64,000 nt of DNA from the human T2T-CHM13v2.0 reference genome, Homo sapiens. The position numbers were made by a program, and so were the translations under genes. The stretch lies in assembly GCF_009914755.1 (NCBI RefSeq), contig NC_060926.1; one strand, written 5' to 3'. Positions 1 through 11,310 of the stretch are shown piece after piece; position 1 is the first letter of the stretch; each line of letters begins with the position of its first letter. Below the pieces are notes generated by a model. The model was not told the origin of the DNA. It worked only from the letters and a program-made list of their open reading frames with translations, and did not search any database.

Positions 1-429
1 AGTAGAACATAAAGTGAGTTATTTTGAATAATCAAAACAGCTGAATCTGATTTCCATGACCACATTTTCCCAATCCACAGAGGAGGGTTAGGACACATCG
101 AGGGGTGCCAGGTTATATTTAGAGAGAATACTCTCCAGAATTTGAACTTCAGCTGCTACATGTGACACACACTGGGATAAATTATCCCATTAAAACTGAG
201 AAAAGGATACAAGTTCGTAGACTATCGCAATCATTTTGCAGTAAATGATTGCAAGATGAACAGAAACTAGCCCTAGTGGCTTTAAGGAAATCATCATAGG
301 ACCATAGGGGAGAGAAAGAGACTTCTCTGAGAAAGGAATCACATTATTTTGAAGAATGTGTTGAACCAATTTTACTGGACAGAGAACTGAATGTATTTAG
401 TGTAAGTACAAAGTCACACACACAAAAAC

Positions 430-850
430 TGTAGCAATGTTGCAGATGACTCACCCATATACCCTAGCATGCATCATTCTGGAGCACAATAACCCAGTGG
501 CTTCCAGCTGGAAACACTTGCAGCTCTTTGCTTGAGGGCTTTCTCTCAACCACAGAGCTTACTCAGTCAGTAGGAAATGCCACACAAAGTACTTTGAAGT
601 TAATTATCATCCTTACCTTCTTGCCCTCTTAATAGCCCTTTACCTAAGACTGATAGAAATCGATGGATACATATTTCCATTCCTTGGCTTTCAGGTGGAA
701 TAATTCTGAAGCATGCTTTATGCTGTCTCCTAGAATTCCCAAGTAGTTTTCCTCATGGCAGTAACCTATTATATAATCAATGTTAATAGGCTTTTTAAAT
801 TTCCCTGACTCATTTCCTCACTCCCCATCTAGTGCTCCCCCACAATCACT
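430..850 (+). mobile_element. Old ERVL solo-LTR fragment (LTR16-like)
   Basis: Diverged match to LTR16-type motifs (caggtggaataattctgaagcatg...tgtctcctagaattccc...ttccctgactcatttcctcactcccc). Boundaries approximate. Confidence 0.6.
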
Positions 851-1529
851 TCTCTGAAGAGCATTCTGATATTGAGAAAGCTTATTGGATAGTGGAGGTA
901 AAAGTCAATTATCAGGGCCCTCCGAAAATGGTACAAAATAACAGAGATTCTGGAATGGGCTAAGCAGCCAGAAATCACACACTGATGCCTAAGCCCCTTG
1001 AAATCAGATCCCCAAAAATAGGGTACCAGTGAGAATTGACGTTCAAGGTAGGCAAAGAATAAATGATTTCTAAGTCCCTTCTTTTAAAAGTTTATCTGTC
1101 CATGTCAAGGCCAATTGCATTCCAGACAACATGAACATAAAAATTATACTGGTTGTTCTGACATTTTTTAGGAAGATGTGATACTAGAAGAATGAAGGAA
1201 GCAAGTTTTGTCTTGATTTCAATTGTAATACTCAAAGGATGTATTTAATTCTACAGTGATGAGCTTGAAATCAAAAGAAGAGTTACTTTTAAAAATATAT
1301 AGTTTGTGGCCACTTTTTAAAAGAAGTGGTAATAAGTAATAAACAGCATTACAAATTAAGTTATTCCTTTTTCCAATAGATTCACTGACAAATTAGGAGG
1401 AAATCATTTTGTATCTTGATTGCAAGGCAACTGAGTTTCTTATGAGTTTTGGTAGATAAGATGGAAAATTCCCACTCAAAGATTATTAGCAGCTTGATAT
1501 ATATTATCTTTGCCATTGGATATGTGTTA

Positions 1530-1748
1530 TGCCTATCAAACTTGGCACTACTGGCATTTGGACAGGACAGTTGTCTGCTGGGGTGAAGGCAGGGCTGTCC
1601 TGTGCACTTCCGGTTGTTTAGTAGCATCCCTGATCTCTACCCTGTGGACATGAATAGGTCTCTCCACCCAAAACATGACAACCAAAACTGGGTCCTGACA
1701 TTACCAAATGTCTCCTGGGCAAAAATGCCCCTGGTTGAAAAGCACTGT
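1530..1748 (-). mobile_element. MER20 (hAT-Charlie) DNA transposon
   Basis: gggctgtcctgtgca...tttagtagcatccctg...gacaaccaaaa...ccaaatgtctcctggg...ggttgaaaagcactg matches the reverse complement of the MER20 consensus. Confidence 0.8.
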
Positions 1749-1859
1749 TTGCAGGGAGGTCTTTTTGAGGCCTCCCTCAGACCTCTTTCCTAATGAACTT
1801 ATTTTCATGTAAATGTATGCATAATTTGCCAATGATGAATATTAGGACGTGATATGAGA

Positions 1860-2460
1860 AAATCGAGATATAAATTTATCTCAACTGATCAATCTTCAAT
1901 ACAATGAAACTTCTCATGGTTAAATGTAAAATACTATATTTATATTCAAGTAATAAGTGTCTAGGTACAAGTTAAAGGAGACTTTACCTGGAAAAACTCT
2001 GATAATTTTAGTTGATCATAAATTCAATGTAATTCAAACAAGTAATATATGCTTTTGAAAAATCATGAAATCTTAAGCATCATTATCAGGGAGAAAAAGT
2101 TCAAATCAAGAAAGGTGAAAAATCCATTGTATTTTGGCTGATCGCCAAATGTTGTTGTTTGGTATCAGATTTTGTGAACAGGTTCAGGAAAAGGTTACTA
2201 AGATAATGAGACGCCTAGAATCTATATAATTTGAGTAATGGCCATGATAAACCAGAATATTAAGATTGGAGAAGAGAAAATCCAGGCAGTGTTTGGGGGC
2301 GGTTGATGGTATTGGAAAGGCTGTCATGTGGAAAAAGGGTATATTCTATTTTGCACAAAGAGAATTAGAAATCAATAAGTGGAAGTTAAAGAAAGCTAGA
2401 TATACGGAACCAAAATTATCCTATCATGAAATTGATTGTCTTGCAAAGGAGCTACCCTTC
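1860..2460 (+). mobile_element. L3/CR1 LINE fragment (3' part of RT region)
   Basis: Degenerate CR1 motifs: aaatgtaaaatact..., ttttagttgatcataaattcaat, ttggagaagagaa, aagggctgtcatgtggaa. Confidence 0.65.
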
Positions 2461-3428
2461 CTTTAGCCATGGCTATACAATGCTTTGTCTGAGACATTGT
2501 AAAAGTGTCTTCTATGTTGGGAAAAATAATAACATAAACCCCTACAATAGTATTAATTTTAAATCTACAAATTTATGATAATTCTACTCTCTTAGTAGCT
2601 GCCTAGCACACTTTAATTTTACCCTATTAAACAGGTGAACTTTAACTTTTATCTTTTAGTAAAATATTGAACTTTATAAAAGCATTTAAGTGCATTATGT
2701 TTTTCATTCCTCACAATCCTATAGGTTGTCTCCTTATCGTTCTTTTATGGCTGAATAAACTTAGTATGATTGAATGATTGCATGAAGTCCCACAGCTAGT
2801 AATTTTCAAATCTAGTATTTAGACCCACTTTGCTCGAAATATTGTCCTTGTGACAGATCATTATTAAGATAATTCTACTTAACTGAAAGCACACTGTTCT
2901 AATCAGTAATCATCTGAAATTTCACAGACCAGAAGCATTCAATACTTCTTTTATTGATTGCTGTTTTTACTGAATGAATACTATGGTTCCATATTCTATG
3001 TTTCTCAAGAAGTTACTTTCTCCTTTTTATTTAAAGATGACCACATATTTAGGGGTCAATACAGTATTTTTCATAGTCTAGCTGCCACTCTCAAATATTG
3101 GTGACCTCTACATGCTTAAAGATGGATGCTTTGTTGACTTAGCCCTTGCTGCATGTTAGATGTTCACTGACTATCTTCAAGGTGTTAATCAAAGATTCCA
3201 ATTCTTGGAGAAGTTTGCCCTTAAGTGACTATTAAGTTGTTCAGAAGAGTAGACATATGTGGGATGAATGGGGTGATTTTCATACACTGGGCCTCAATAA
3301 ATAATTGAAGATTGAACTTGTAAAAATGAAGCAAGATTAATTGCAATAAAAATTGTATAACTGGACATTTATTTATAGAGACGGATACTGTAATGGTTAA
3401 AGTTAGTTCATGCCATCTCCTTGATGCT

Positions 3429-3606
3429 TTTTTTTTTTTTTTTTGAGACAGAGTCTCGCTCCGTCACCCAGGCTGGAGAGCAGTGGCGCAATCTTGGCTT
3501 ACTGCAACCTCCACTTCCCAGGTTCAAGCAATTCTCCTGTCTCAGCCTCTTGAGTAGCTGGGAACACAGATGCCCACCACCACTCCTGGCTAATTTTTGT
3601 ATTTCT
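3429..3606 (-). mobile_element. Alu right arm (5'-truncated, AluS-like)
   Basis: Poly-T, then gagacagagtctcgctccgtcacccaggctgg...gctaatttttgtattt. Left arm absent. Confidence 0.9.
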
Positions 3607-3789
3607 TGGCCTTCTTATTACTCGCTGAACCATTCATCTTCAGAATTATTTCTAAAAAAGTTTTGTTTATGTCTAATGTCTGTTTTAGTGATTCTCAATC
3701 ATTTGGGAAACTTTGAAACCCTTTGAGGATTTGATGAACCTAATGAACACTTTTATCGGGAAAATGCTCATTTACATATACCTGCCAAG

Positions 3790-3985
3790 TTATTTTATGT
3801 ATAAATATATATTATATATAATTATTTTATGTTAAATATTTAATACTTATATTAAAATATTAATTTTAAATATATATATAATAGCAATTATATATATTTA
3901 CATTAATATATCTATCCATTATATATACATATATATCTTTTACATATATATTTACATTTATCTATCTCTATTATTGTACATATAA
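3790..3985. repeat. AT-rich / (TA)n-like low-complexity tract, embedded in a probable hAT-Charlie MITE remnant (about 3685-4050)
   Basis: About 200 bp nearly devoid of G/C. The flanks (gtgattctcaa...ccctttgaggatttgatgaa; ...aggttaagaccc) resemble MER117-type MITE ends. Confidence 0.6.
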
Positions 3986-4537
3986 GTTAGTAACCCCTGA
4001 TGCCTAATCACTGGGCCCTGGGCATCTATGCCCTCTATAGGTTAAGACCCAAAATCCTTGGTCTGATTACTAAGTTTTATATAGCAACCGCCTTTGAAGT
4101 GCCTACCTATTTTTAAGGGAAACTAAATTATATATCCTTTAATTTAGACATTAACAAAATGTGGATTGTCATGAATTAATAGCAATAAAGAAATAACAAA
4201 TATATCTAGACACTGCAGGAACAAAACGAATTAAGCATTCATGTTCAGACTTTTTACTGTTGAAGAAAAAAAGTGCATTTTCATCATAAAATCATTTTCA
4301 AGTGCCAGGGTTTTAAAACAACAGTTTCCAACTGTTGAACTAAAACTTACTTACTCTGATAAATCATCTGATTTCTAAAAAGCTAATTTTCTTTGTAAGA
4401 AATAAATACAGTTTTATGGAAACAAACACTACGTTCTTTTATATATTTAGATTTGTTTGTTTTTTTCCAAATAAATAACACAATGTGAGAGTCAAAGAAA
4501 TTAGGCAAATAGTAACGAGTATGTGATAGTGTTGGAA

Positions 4538-4543
4538 TTTAAT
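4538..4543 (-). terminator. NRXN1: Candidate distal poly(A) signal ATTAAA
   Basis: tttaat on +; the downstream minus-strand sequence TTTCTTTGACTCTCACATTGTGTTATTTATTTGG is U/GU-rich. Confidence 0.5.
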
Positions 4544-6111
4544 CACAGGTTTACTTAACTTGGATTCCATTGTCTTTTATAGAGAAAAAGCATATTTATG
4601 AAATTAGTATTTTAATATTGTTTGCAACTAATACTGTATGAGTTTATGGTTTCTGGCATATCAAGATGAACAAATATAACAAAAGTACATTTAATGGCTA
4701 CATCTTTAAGTGTATGAATATAGAGGTCTTTAATGACTAGTTAAATCCAGAAAAAAGAGAGTCAACATTCTTCCTCTATAATATAAGGATGGGTCTTCCC
4801 TTCAAATGCAGCCTTCTTTACTTTCCCACTTAAGCACGAAATGGTGCCGCATATAATTTTTAAAATCAATAAATCACAGTTGTATTAAGAAATATTTTAT
4901 TAACAAAACAGTAAATTCCACTTGCTTAGCATTTCCAATAATGGATAAATTGGCCTTGCAACAGAAAAACAAACAAACAAAAAAAGAAGAAGAAAACCCC
5001 TTTGATACCCAATCACACAAAGCACTAGAAGGGTAGGGTTATGTGGCCTTTCTTTGATGTCTTAGGGATTGACCACTTCACACGTTATTGTAGTATTTGT
5101 TCTTTTAAAAAAGGCAACACATTACATGGATAAAAAAGAAGCATAATCAATCAGAAAAGTTACAGTCTAGAGATGTAATCAAATTTATGCCAAGTCGTGT
5201 GAAATCCTCAATCAACTGCAAACTATGCAGGGAACCCTGATATGTTTGGTATGAAGATACTTGGGATTCAAGTCATTTTCTCTTTCTAACTCTGTTCCTC
5301 TCTTTTCTTTTTCCATTGAGGAAAAAATAATTTTTGCTAGAGTTTGTGTAAGCCAATAATATTAGAAATAATTTTGCTGATAATAAACTATATCAATCAT
5401 TGCATGTAACTTTAAAATTTACGCTGGGGAGAAACATTGAAATCAATCCCAAACAACACATTTCATAGATATACTGCTTAAAATTACCATTATTCAATTT
5501 ATTTTCTATTATATTTTAGAATCTTTCCAGATGGAAACTGGTTCAAGCTTAATAGATAAAATAGAAAAGCAATCTTAAAAAAAAAAACCCTTCAAGCTGT
5601 AAATTAGTAGTTTTACACTTCCCTTCTTATTTAACTGGCTTTCCCTGAGTAAGACTGAATGAGACGGGGGAAAAGAAAAGACTCGTGAATTATTTAATGT
5701 GGCAAATTAAAAAAAATGAAAATCTAGAAAAGAAGCAATGGATATTAAATTTTCATTTTATACCTTCTACTTTCTGGGTCATAAAAAGCCACTAAATTTC
5801 TTTGTACACAACAATTACTTGGCAACCATAGATAGTGGTGATTTGCTATGAATTATACATATTTCTAAGGTGCTGTATGTCTGAAATCCAGGCCACTTCT
5901 TGGCTTTTTTTTCATCAACTAAAGTATCACAAAAGATGTTTTGCATTTTTTGCCTTTGCTGATTAAAGCTAATTGGAAAGATATTCTTCTCTTCTACAAA
6001 ATTTTTTATCGTTCTTTTAGAAGGTATTCAAGTAATGCAACCAATTTTTCCTGAAACATCAACTTGCAATGTAATAATGCATTTTTTGCACTACCTTCTC
6101 ATATTAGTAAT

Positions 6112-6119
6112 TTATTGCT
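6112..6119 (-). promoter_or_regulatory. miR-137 8mer seed match (AGCAAUAA) overlapping an AAUAAA at 6111-6116
   Basis: tttattgctg at 6111-6120 on + reads CAGCAAUAAA in the mRNA. Confidence 0.55.
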
Positions 6120-6384
6120 GTGAACATCATTGAATAATATGCAAAACAAGTGTATAATCTATACTTTTCCACTACTTAATGTGTTAAACTAAAACTATAT
6201 TTAATGATATATATGTAAAACCAGAAAAGTTAAAACATAGTCAATAATTAACAGAGAATGATTTTTTAAGTGGGTAGTAATACAGAATCAAAAATTACTG
6301 AAAAATACTTTCTTAGTCGAGAGAAAGTGTTTACTTTCCAGAAATGTTCATCATGCACATCAGATTCAGAGATATATATATTAT

Positions 6385-6390
6385 TTTATT
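6385..6390 (-). terminator. NRXN1: Candidate proximal poly(A) signal AATAAA
   Basis: tttatt on + inside the 3'UTR; one of several such hexamers. Confidence 0.45.
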
Positions 6391-6712
6391 AGAAAGAAAG
6401 TTTTCAATTGCAGCAGCCAGAGTTAAGGTGTAGATTAACCAATTTTGCTTCCATAACCTGCCCACATAATGGTTCTTATTCATGCAGCAGTATATCAGTG
6501 ATATTCTATTTGATAAGGAAAGGTTCATTTCTTTAGGGACTAAAATCTTCTTAAGGTTACCTGGGAGCAAGATCTCAATGAAGCAAATCACCCCATTTGT
6601 CATCAATACCTTGGCACAACCCTCTTCCTTCCTGCTTTTCAATTTGTCAATAAATATTTGCTACTGTATGCACGTTTGGATCTTCCAGCATATCTGATGG
6701 ATTGCTGTGGAT

Positions 6713-6714
<2 letters not shown>

Positions 6715-6743
<29 letters not shown>
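6715..6743. repeat. (GT)14 microsatellite, read as (CA)n in the NRXN1 3'UTR
   Basis: Directly visible. Confidence 0.95.
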
Positions 6744-6746
<3 letters not shown>

Positions 6747-7946
6747 ATAGTGAATGTATGTGGGAATGTGAGTATTTCAGGGAGAAAAGATTATAAGATA
6801 CATATGTATATATGTGACTTTCTAATTCACACCTTTCATACAAGTACTAAAACTTAATTGCAACAGAATGAAGGCTGTACATATAAGAAAAGAAGTAGCT
6901 GAGTCTTTGTATATACATTCATACATATCTTCCTTAGAATAAACACTACACTGTAATTTCTTTAAAAAATAAAAGTAAGTAATTGTGGCAATTTATAATG
7001 GTGGCAAAAAAAAAGAAAAACCCAACTGAAATAATTGTTGCTCTGATGTCATAAAACTCCCTATACTTAGCAACACTTATAACATTGAATTTACCAAAAA
7101 TGGCTGAAGAGCAGAGATATATTTTGCATTTTCTATACAACAGGCTATAAAACGTCACTTATCACAGTCCAGAAAGCACACAGAGATGGATTTTATATAA
7201 ACATATGTAATAACATAATAAGCGTGCATGAAAATTTCCCAATGATTGCATCTATGCCCTCTTGTTTTTGTTTTGAAATTTTGTGTGAAAACGTGCCTTA
7301 TATTTCACATTTTTGAAAATAAGGCCTCCATACTTTTTTTTCCTCTCTCACAACCAGAAAGGGGCTTTTTGAATGTGTTCCTACACAAGTCTTCAAAAAA
7401 GCCAGCACTTTGTTTCAAATGCAAGTTCCAACCACTGCTCCAGTTGCACCAGGCGGCAAACTCTTAAAGGTTTGCAGGTTGAGTCACTCAAAAGGACAGT
7501 CTTCTCTGGCAATTGGACTGACTTCTCAGGAAAGCGCTAGCACTTTGGCTAAATCCAGGATCATAGGTAGCTTCTTTTTTGTGTTATGTTTTGTGTTGGT
7601 TTTTGTGTTGTGCCTTGATGCTGTAGTACTCCTTTGCTTTATGAATGCGTGCGGTCATCACTGTCTTTTAGAAATGTTCCAGCAACATAAAGACAAGCAG
7701 AGTAAATGAAAACACTGTGGATGTTAGGGAATTTATTGGCCCCTGTTTTTTGTTTTTTGTTTTTCTTTTTTGAGAAACAAGAGCATGAGATACTTGTTTT
7801 TATTTTTTAAAAAGTCTTTCCTTCCTGATTGCATTCTCTGTCTTCTTTTGTATGTGCTTCATAAAAAGGAAAGTAAATAAGTTTATATTATGTCTCAGAT
7901 AAAATGAAGACTATTTCTATACAAGTGTCCATTTAAGATCTTGGGA

Positions 7947-8254
7947 TCAGACATAATACTCTTTATCCTTGTTTTTCTTATTTTTGTTGGAGCTTTTCGC
8001 ACTGCTGGGTTGTTTCTCCTTTACAACAGCCCCATTGGACTGTGCTGAGTTACTGATGTAGTTTCGACTCTCGTCCACATGGTATGAGCCTTCATCCCGG
8101 TTTCTGTACTTGTACATGGCATAGAGGAGGATAAGGATGCACAGGGCGGCAGCGGCTACTATCCCAACGACCATACCCGTGGTGCTGCTGGACTCCCGGA
8201 TCACTTCTGCTGAGCCTGGATACGGCTCTCTGCCGCCTGCTCGGGTTGGGTTGG
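7947..8254 (-). CDS. NRXN1: Neurexin-1 last coding exon: juxtamembrane region, TM helix ([21 protein letters not shown]), 4.1-binding motif ([11 protein letters not shown]) and PDZ ligand (KEYYV)
   Basis: Translation [27 protein letters not shown]...KNKDKEYYV* is the neurexin-1 C-terminus. Acceptor gttctcatcctcttttctatAG|CC at 8256-8255 (phase 1). Stop TGA at 7947-7949. Confidence 0.99.
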
Positions 8255-11012
8255 CTATAGAAAAGAGGATGAGAACAAACACAAAGTGATCATTGAGTTC
8301 ACTGAATACCAGAGAGCTATATTAACATTTATTATCTAATTCTAACAGCACCTATGCTTTAGGAAAGGTATGCTATTGATAAATGTAGCCATCCCTTTGC
8401 CTCATGGTTACTAAAAACTAGGGACTGTGATTTAAAGTTCTCTGGGAGATTTGTTGCTGTGTCTTCTTTCTTCACAAATCAATTTTGTTCACAGAGTTTG
8501 GTAAGCATTGTCCCAAATAAACTCCAATTAGCTCTAAAGGGCCATGTGGGTGACTTAAGTAAAAAAAACCCACAAACCCAGCATAAAGAAAAGCAGAACA
8601 GCCCTACCCTATAATACTAGAGGGAATCATAAGAATCAAATAGGTGTTGCTCTAGAACATAGGTCTAACTCTAGACTGAATCAGGACAACTAAATTTAGG
8701 ATTACTTTAGAAATCATATTCCCCTTGTATTTTAAAGAATACAGTATTGAACAATAAGATAATCCATACATTTTAACTGTCTGCTTTTTAAAGTATAACT
8801 TTAGTTACATTTTTATAAATAAAAATAGACTAATTTCCATTTTGTTGGAGATTCATTTGTTTACATAAGTATGTGTGTATTTTATTAATTGATTGGGGAG
8901 CTCCCAAGATGAACTTTGGAGGAGAAAGTAATAAAATATTCTTTCTCAGTTTTAAATACAGTCTAGATTGATTTTTTGGTCAAAACTCTGAACTACCTAA
9001 TAGATTAGATAATAATAGAAGGCTGGCTAGTCTAGTTTTATTCAACTGACAAAACCCTTCTTCAGTCTTCCCAAAGTATAAATAAGGCTCTTTCTTGGAT
9101 GAGACCAATGGATTTTGGGGTGCCTACGTCTTCTTGAAGGCCTGGTCAGGCACTGAAATTGATGATTGATGGGGAAGAATGGACCTGAGATTTAATTGGT
9201 AGATATGAGGAGAAGGGGCAGCTCTTTTCCCCTATATATAATAAACTTTTTTGATATAAAAGGATAGAAACTGTAGCGAGAGAAGAAGATTCTATCCTAC
9301 TCTGACTGTAGGTCATTTTTTCCTTGTGAATTGTGTTTTCTGTTTTTCCCTGAATCTCTATCCTCTCGCTTGTCTTACATAAAAATATTACTTTTCAGAT
9401 GTAATGTATTAAAAATGCTACAACTTTCAAAACACTATTCTTTGCCAATTATGTATAATGAACAAATAATCTCATGATTCCATATATATTAGATAAGAAT
9501 GTGTGTGTATGAGTGTGTGTTCATGTATATGTAAGAACTGAAAACTCAAGAAGACTAAAATTGTGCTTTTATTTCGCTACTACTAAACATCATTTAGTAA
9601 TTAATTTTAATATTTCTGCAAAAGTTCTTGTTAATTACTGGGAATCATTTTACCAAACATATGGCTCTATACTGCTTTGTAATTCCATTTTCAAATATCA
9701 CCAATATTTCTTTTGCCTAAACGTGTGTGTGTGTGTGTTTTTCTGTGATTTTCTTTTCCTTCCTCAAATAAAGCCTTAACAAATACAGCCATTTCCAAAG
9801 TAGTAGCTCTTAGTCTCAAAGTAGCAATAAGCTATGTTCTGGTGCTACAAAATGTAGCAGGTAAAACTTTTTATGCTGAATGTGTCATTGCTTGTTTTAC
9901 AAAAGCCCACGGAGTGTGGCTGAATAAAAAGCTTTGGTGTTGCTTCTGTGGACAAGGTGAAAGGAGACAAAGACTATAATCCACAGTATTTGATTACAGG
10001 AATTAATTTCCTCTCATGAAGAATAGAATCTACTGCAGTAACTCTGTCACTACCTGACAAACCAAAGGCAGCACTTTTTCTTTTAAATACAGTCATCTTT
10101 GCCAAAGTGTGCCAATTAACTCAGCTGCTTTCACTAAATGAAAACTTTCATTTTACAGAGCATTCTTTTACTATGGTGTCTCAAGAGCTAAAAAGGGAAT
10201 TTTGTTTAAATGTTACCTAAATCATTTTTTCCAGCCTGATGGAATGCTTTCATTTTAAACACATTTTCACAATTACCTCACTTTTACTCTGTCTGCCAGA
10301 AAGGAATAGGGAGAATGGAGATAACATTTGAATCATTTAGCTTATGACAGTAAAATTTGAGAATTTTAATGGAGTGGAGGGTTTATATTTTGTATACTAA
10401 GAATAGACATGTATTTTTTTCAATAAGGAATTGATATCGTAAATGGACTATCTTATCAAAAAAATTTTATTTTTATCTGCTAAAATATTTCTGAGAGGTT
10501 TTCAAAACAACTATGCACATAGCATGATAACAGCAACTTTGTGTTAAAATAAGAATGAGGTCACAAAGACCATAACAAAGCCTGAAACACTTCAACTGTG
10601 CCATATGCATTTGAAAACATCTCCTGTTTAAGGAAAACACTTTCTTTTTTGCAACACTAGCCAAATTGTTGCTTAAGTCATATGAGGCCTAAAAATATCT
10701 CTACACAAAACCCAGATGTAAATCCCAGATGTAAAAATTCTAAATATCATGTTTCTTAAAAATATAACCTAGAAAATCTCTACCAAAATTAAAATCTAAA
10801 CCCAATAAACATGTTATCTTTCTTTTCCCCAGATTCACATTAAAATTTTAATAACCATCATAGCAGATATTATTATAGGTATGTTCGGAATAGGTAGTTA
10901 CTCCAATATCTAACTGATTAATTAATATTCTTTTTCTATTTATGCTTCAAATCTGAAGGCTAAGTGAAATTTTTCTTAACTTTTCTTCTGAGACTAGAAA
11001 TATTTATGTGTT

Positions 11013-11310
11013 GGTCGGGTGTGGTGGCTCACATCTGTAATCCCAGCACTTTGGGAGGCCGAGGCGAGTGGATCACGAGGTCAAGAGATGCAGACCATTT
11101 TGGCCAACATGGTGAAACCCTGAAATACAAAAATTAGCTGGGCACGGTGGCATGCACCTGTAGTCCCAGTTACTTGGGGGATTGAGGCAGGAGAATTGCT
11201 TGAACCCGGGAGGCAGAGGTTGCAGTGAGCTGCGATCGCACACTACACTCCAGCCTGGCAACAGAGCGAGACACTGCCTCAACCAAAAAAAAAAAAAAAA
11301 AGAAAGAAAG
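11013..11310 (+). mobile_element. AluSc-like element
   Basis: ggatcacgaggtcaagagat diagnostic, A-rich tail, and TSD agaaatatttatgt(g/a)tt on both sides. Confidence 0.92.

Larger units (their letters stand above)
4510..7946 (-). other. NRXN1: NRXN1 3'UTR (distal end approximate)
   Basis: Follows the TGA at 7947-7949 and contains no recognisable interspersed repeats. ATTAAA at 4538-4543 is followed on the minus strand by a U/GU-rich tract (about 4465-4500). The exact 3' end cannot be read from DNA. Confidence 0.7.

Noticed and set aside
7292-7617. GTGCCTT (miR-124 site) matches in the 3'UTR region
   Set aside because: They are on the + strand, antisense to the NRXN1 mRNA.
8255-8282. N-terminal MFVLILFSI of the ORF-track protein 7947..8282
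   Set aside because: It is the translated polypyrimidine tract of the intron; the real exon starts at 8254.
8255-9200. Remnant of the long SS5 upstream extension of the last exon seen in NRXN2/NRXN3 (PPTDDEDFYTTF-type)
   Set aside because: The frame closes shortly upstream of the acceptor and I could not see any such motif.
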